Shown: one piece after another, positions 59,613 through 64,000 of the stretch
Layout of the letters: the number at the start of each line of letters is the position of its first letter
How positions within the stretch are numbered: the stretch's first letter is position 1
Assembly: GCF_011745625.1 (NCBI RefSeq)
Contig: NW_027191452.1
Coordinates: forward strand, 310,001-374,000
DNA length: 64,000 nt
From: Cladosporium halotolerans
Taxonomy: Eukaryota
Direction of reading: 5' to 3'
Position numbers and translations under genes: made by a program
Notes under the pieces: generated by a model
The model's database searches: none
What the model was told of the DNA's origin: nothing
Seen by the model: the letters and a program-made list of their open reading frames with translations, nothing else

Positions 59613-59805
59613 GGCTATACTGGTAAATTGATCAGCAGCGTAAATGAAGCTGATCTTTTTCCCACATCTCGGATCAACCTAGCCCCAGATTCCCCATGCA
59701 CTAACGAGCGCATGCAAACAACCGGCTGGGCGCCACGCGAGGGGCAATGCCGCGCCGAGATGGTCAAGTACAACCTTTTTGGGCAGATCTACTATAGCGG
59801 CTAAA
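59613..59805. promoter_or_regulatory. XlnR/Xyr1-type sites (GGCTAT 59613, GGCTAG on - strand 59679-59684, GGCTAAA 59799) and an overlapping CreA site (CTGGGG on - strand 59683-59688)
   Basis: Consensus matches within 300 bp upstream of the xylanase ATG. Confidence 0.55.
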
Positions 59806-61024
59806 TGTCCCTCGACGTCTCGCTCGACCGGAATGTGAAGGTTGTCAAGGAAAACGCCCTGTCCTCGCTTAATCGTCGCCACCGATACAATCATCGACGA
59901 CAGTTCCCAATAGAAGTAAGTGCTGACGAGCAGATACGGCTCATGAGCGGTGGCTTGTACTCGTGGTACCTGCAGCGGGTGTCATGAATTCAGGCACCTC
60001 GACCAAGCTTTGCACGTAGAAGACTGCTTCTGAACTGTGAGGGTTCCGCCGTCGAGCACTCACTATGCTTGCACTGAAACGAACGATTTAGCTCATCCAA
60101 TGTTTTGCCGCACATTGTTGGAAGCACACAGTTCCAAATTCCAACATGGTTCTTCATCGAAGGAGGCAGCCCAAGAGCCGAAGTCGGTGGGGTCCTTGCA
60201 ATCTCCACACAACCCTGCCGAGGTTGGAAAAGCGACAACTCTCGCCCGCACGTGGCGACCTTGTTACCCACACAATAATATAGTGGCATGCGGCTGAGGC
60301 AGTTGCCACTGTATTACCGGCTGTTGCACGGCATGATACTTGGGGATATGGTAGTGGTACATCAAAGTGGCTTATTTGCTGTGCAGACACGGCACGGGTG
60401 TTGTGGACTTCGCCCATCCCGAGCCGCTGCGAGAGGCTGATGCTTGGTTCTAGATCACCATGTGCATTTAACCAGTACTGCACACTCACACGGGAGGCGA
60501 TGGTGTGATGTTGAGAATCTGGAGGAGAAGCTCTTCCTGCGTTACCCCTCATACTGATGGGACTTTGCCAAGCGAAAGACATTTCTGCGTCGGCATGCCA
60601 GCCCTGGGCCCACTTCAACAGCTCGTGGAAGTTGGCAGGAGGGATGGTGCGGTAATGAGAAGCTATCGCCGACATAAGGTGTGGGTAGTACGATGTCGCA
60701 TTCGTCGCACCTCATCAGAGGTACATCTACGGTGGATCATATGCAAGACTTGCGAATCAGAAAAATGGTAACGATGCCAAAGGTGGAAGAATAGAATATT
60801 AATTATGTTCACCAAGCCACTAATCGCCAAAGGCCCACAGGTAGAGCCAAGGAACAGGGTCATGAGACCGCTGCCCGAAGAATCGAATCATCCAAACCAA
60901 TCGTCCCAGAATTCATCCCGTGAAACCGTTCAGTAACGCGAGAAGTCCCAAAACCCGAAAACCATTGTCCTGCTCCGCAAATGCTGAAAAGGTCGTGGTA
61001 GTCGAAAAACTTTCCTTATCACGC

Positions 61025-61392
61025 TTAAAGCGGGATGGAAAGGCAGTTGGCCTCAAGGTTGATGAGGTTGCCGGAGGCGTCGCCAGTCTGGCAGCACGCA
61101 GCGACGTTGGAGCCGCAGGTCTGCTGGATGGGAACAGCAACTGTTGCACTGTCAGCGTTGCGTTTTTGGTGGTATGGGAAATGGTCAACTCACGGATGGG
61201 GATGTTCAGGCAGTTCAGGCCGATGAGGTCCTCGCCGCTGTTGCAGCAGGCAAGCTTCTGGCCGTTACCGCACTTGGCGGAGGCGTCGTCGGACTTGACG
61301 TTGACCTCGGTCTTGCCATCAGCGGCACCCTGGGGGGCGGCGTAGGCGACGGCAGCCACGGAGGCGATGAGGAGAGTCTTGAAGAAGGCCAT
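61025..61392 (-). CDS. Hydrophobin, HCh-1-like; exons 61392-61194, 61140-61025
   Basis: Signal peptide and eight Cys in the pattern C-x7-CC-x10-C-x13-C-x6-CC-x15-C (CGNGQKLACCNSGEDLIGLNC...CGSNVAACC...NCLSIPL). Confidence 0.93.
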
Positions 61393-64000
61393 TGTAAAGG
61401 TGTTGGGATGTCTGAAAGACGGATTGGTAAGGTGTGTTAAGCGAATGTGGTTGTTGAGAAGAGAAGTGTTGTTGGATGGAGAAGAAAGCTGTCTGTCCGG
61501 GTCGACGATGCCTTACTTATACCATTTTGCAGGAGAGCGCTCCCTAGGGGTCGGTGAGCCACCGCTGGCTGGTCGCATGTGCGTGGTGTGTGTTGCTGGG
61601 CACATGCCGATCTCAATGGGACACTAGGGCTCCTGTCTCTGGCGGACAACGGTGAGCTCTTCGTCTGGTATGTCTCAGCCCGTGGAGATGAGGTCTCGGA
61701 ACCGTCTAGCAGTCCTAGCTCGGGGCGGTGAACACTGCTGGGCCGGCAGTATTGCAACCGCTTTCCTATGTTTGGACACCAATCGACCCACGCCCACGTG
61801 AGGGATAGGCATCGAATGAGGGACGATCGGCCTGCTAATTATCTTAGGCCGTCTAGGAGGAATGTGCTCAGTTTAGGATATGTCAGTTATTGTGCTTCAG
61901 CCAGGGTCTCTGCCACCGACTGCGGATGGAAATACAAACGCCAGTGCCTGCAATCTCCGGGTCGGGATTGCAAGTGGTGCTGACAGTTCCGAGGACCTCC
62001 TTCGCAGTAGCCTTGTACCTATGAGACGTCGCGGATGACCGTTTTGCTGGAGCAAGTGAGCGAGCGGTGAATCAATCGTCAACTGATGCATTCCTAGCAT
62101 CAAGGTGGGACTCGGTGGTCCATTCTCCTAGATCCTAGCGTGGAATAACCCTTAACAGACGTCAACTAATGCTCCACATGAGCGGCCAGTGCTGGGAACG
62201 GCAGGGGCGTTCTCCCGAGTCTTGGGGCATGAACCGTTGGCTCCGATCTTGTGTGAGCTCTTGAGCATAGAGTGGCGAATAATCAAGGGAGGGGAGCCAG
62301 TAACAGGCTGTCCTGTCAATCATTCCATGTCACCGAGCAATGCTAAGTCGTCATTGATGACAGCGCGAGAACAAACAAATCGAGCAGCAGACACTGCGAC
62401 TGAGACTTCTCGGCGCACTCGTGGCCAGTGGTCTCGGAGTCTCGCAGTGGCGACAGGGAGTGCGGTCAGTATCGCACAGGGTGATACTGCATTGTACATG
62501 GACAAGACTCAGGCATACTGGAGGATCGCCCGGACCGAAAGATGGGCGGCGCTCCTTGGCATCTCCACATCCAACGGCGCGGGGCCGAGGGGCTCCTGAC
62601 ATCCCGTCAAACGTCTCGACCCTTTTGCCTCCCAGATGTGGTAAAGCAACTCCACGAAAGGGACCTAACGGGGCATCTGTTGTAGGTATCGCCAGCTTCT
62701 TCCAAATCATGGTGTGGTGCAAATGGAGGGATCATCGGACCCTCTCACCGCGTTACTGCTGTCCCTCCAGCTGCTACCCCCTTCCATCCTACAATGAACA
62801 GCCACCGCCACATTGCCAAAGCTCCTTGGGGCACATCCATTCCATTCAAGAGGCTGGCATGCCTTCTGCAAGCTTGCTCAAGATCGGCCGACTGAAATTA
62901 CTTGCTGCATGACAATCCGCTGGGCTGCATGCAGACCGCAAAATTTCCCTCTTGGCGCGTCTCAAGCGAACCATCGATGTCTCACCCAGACCGCCGCATC
63001 CCCTTTGCTTCCCAATTTTATCCGAGTCTTGGGCCTCAGGGTATGCCAACTTGATCTACACGAGGGATCGACCGTTGCCGTGTTCCCTGGAACACTCGCC
63101 GTTAGCCTCAACATGCTAGTGTCTCCGTTTTCCGCGCCAAACATTTCGCTCTACTCCGCTGAAACGGAGAGCGAGCACATTGAATTTGCAGACTTTTCCG
63201 AGACTCCGCCATCAAACGCCTGAACTGTCACTTGCTGCACACGCACATTACGCTTGTCAATTTCCGTGCTTGAGGGACGGCAGCGACTTGGTCATAGACC
63301 GGTCTGACCTATCGAGATTACCGGCCTTGGCCGTTGCGACCGTGGCGAACATCCTTGGTTAGGACCCGAAAGAAGAGAAGGAGCTGGTCTTCATGCTCTG
63401 CCCGTCATCTGGACAACAATGCATTTTTCTGGGAAGGGAGTAATTGGCCGCTCGGCAGTCCAGATTAGCAAAGGCGCAGTCGCCCTTGTTGGGTTACCAA
63501 CCTCCACTGTCGGGTGACCGAGAAAGAAGTACAAGCGAAGTGACTTCAATGATCGGTGGTTCACAAGTTCGATAGTTCCGTCGCATTTCCATACACTTCA
63601 GCTAAGATCAGGTCTGAAAGGCCCATATGGACCTGCTGAGTCTCGATCTTGCCAATCGCTGAACTTGTGTATTCGACAGTAAGGATCCTGTTCTAACTTG
63701 GTTTGAATCGTAAGGCAGGACGTATCCACCAAGCTCCTCTCATCAAAAGTCAAAATACCGAACGACCGATCAAAGACTTGCCGAAACAACACCACGTCAT
63801 CGCTACATTGAGCTGCGCTTTAACATTTACGCCAATTATACCACACCTCTTACATAACCGCATTCACACCAGCAACTTCAAAGACTCGGTAGGGTGTTTG
63901 TCGATCAAAGTCTACTTCTGGGATCTTGCTCATTGGCAGCGAAGTGCGTTGGCTCTCATCGACCTTCTACGGTGTTGAGGCCGTTGCCTGTCAACCCTGT

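Noticed and set aside
61400..64000. Short ORFs upstream of the hydrophobin
   Set aside because: No codon bias, domain or consistent splice pattern; treated as a long promoter or intergenic region.

Overview
Gene-dense window of a filamentous ascomycete genome with short GT-AG introns and CTRAY branch points. The hydrophobin resembles my recollection of Cladosporium HCh-1, suggesting a Cladosporium-like Dothideomycete (inference). About 22 protein genes can be built by hand: MpaB-type oxygenase, GTPase-like/RasGEF fusion, PRM1, a conserved hypothetical, a secreted His1 LPMO-like protein, a GNAT, an ERCC6L2-like SNF2 ATPase, RRP41, DOMON/cytochrome b561, an FMP42-like MFS, a peroxisomal FMN hydroxy-acid oxidase, a DUF2231-like membrane protein, RPL34, PRP8, a small spliced ORF, an NDUFAF3-like protein, three tandem Myb/SANT genes, a Dal5-type MFS, a GH10 xylanase and a hydrophobin. 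There is also an intron-containing tRNA-Leu(CAG). No intact transposon was seen. The most unusual signals are: (1) a ~1.5 kb non-coding + strand region (about 6570-8041) full of nested, G-U-containing helices that ends at a GTATGT splice donor; it is telomerase-RNA-like in architecture but has no TTAGGG template; (2) the sole PRP8 intron lying one codon from the classic PRP8 intein site; (3) the His-brace-like secreted protein; (4) the Myb triplet in a GC-rich block. All exon boundaries and pairings were read by eye; no searches or folding were run.
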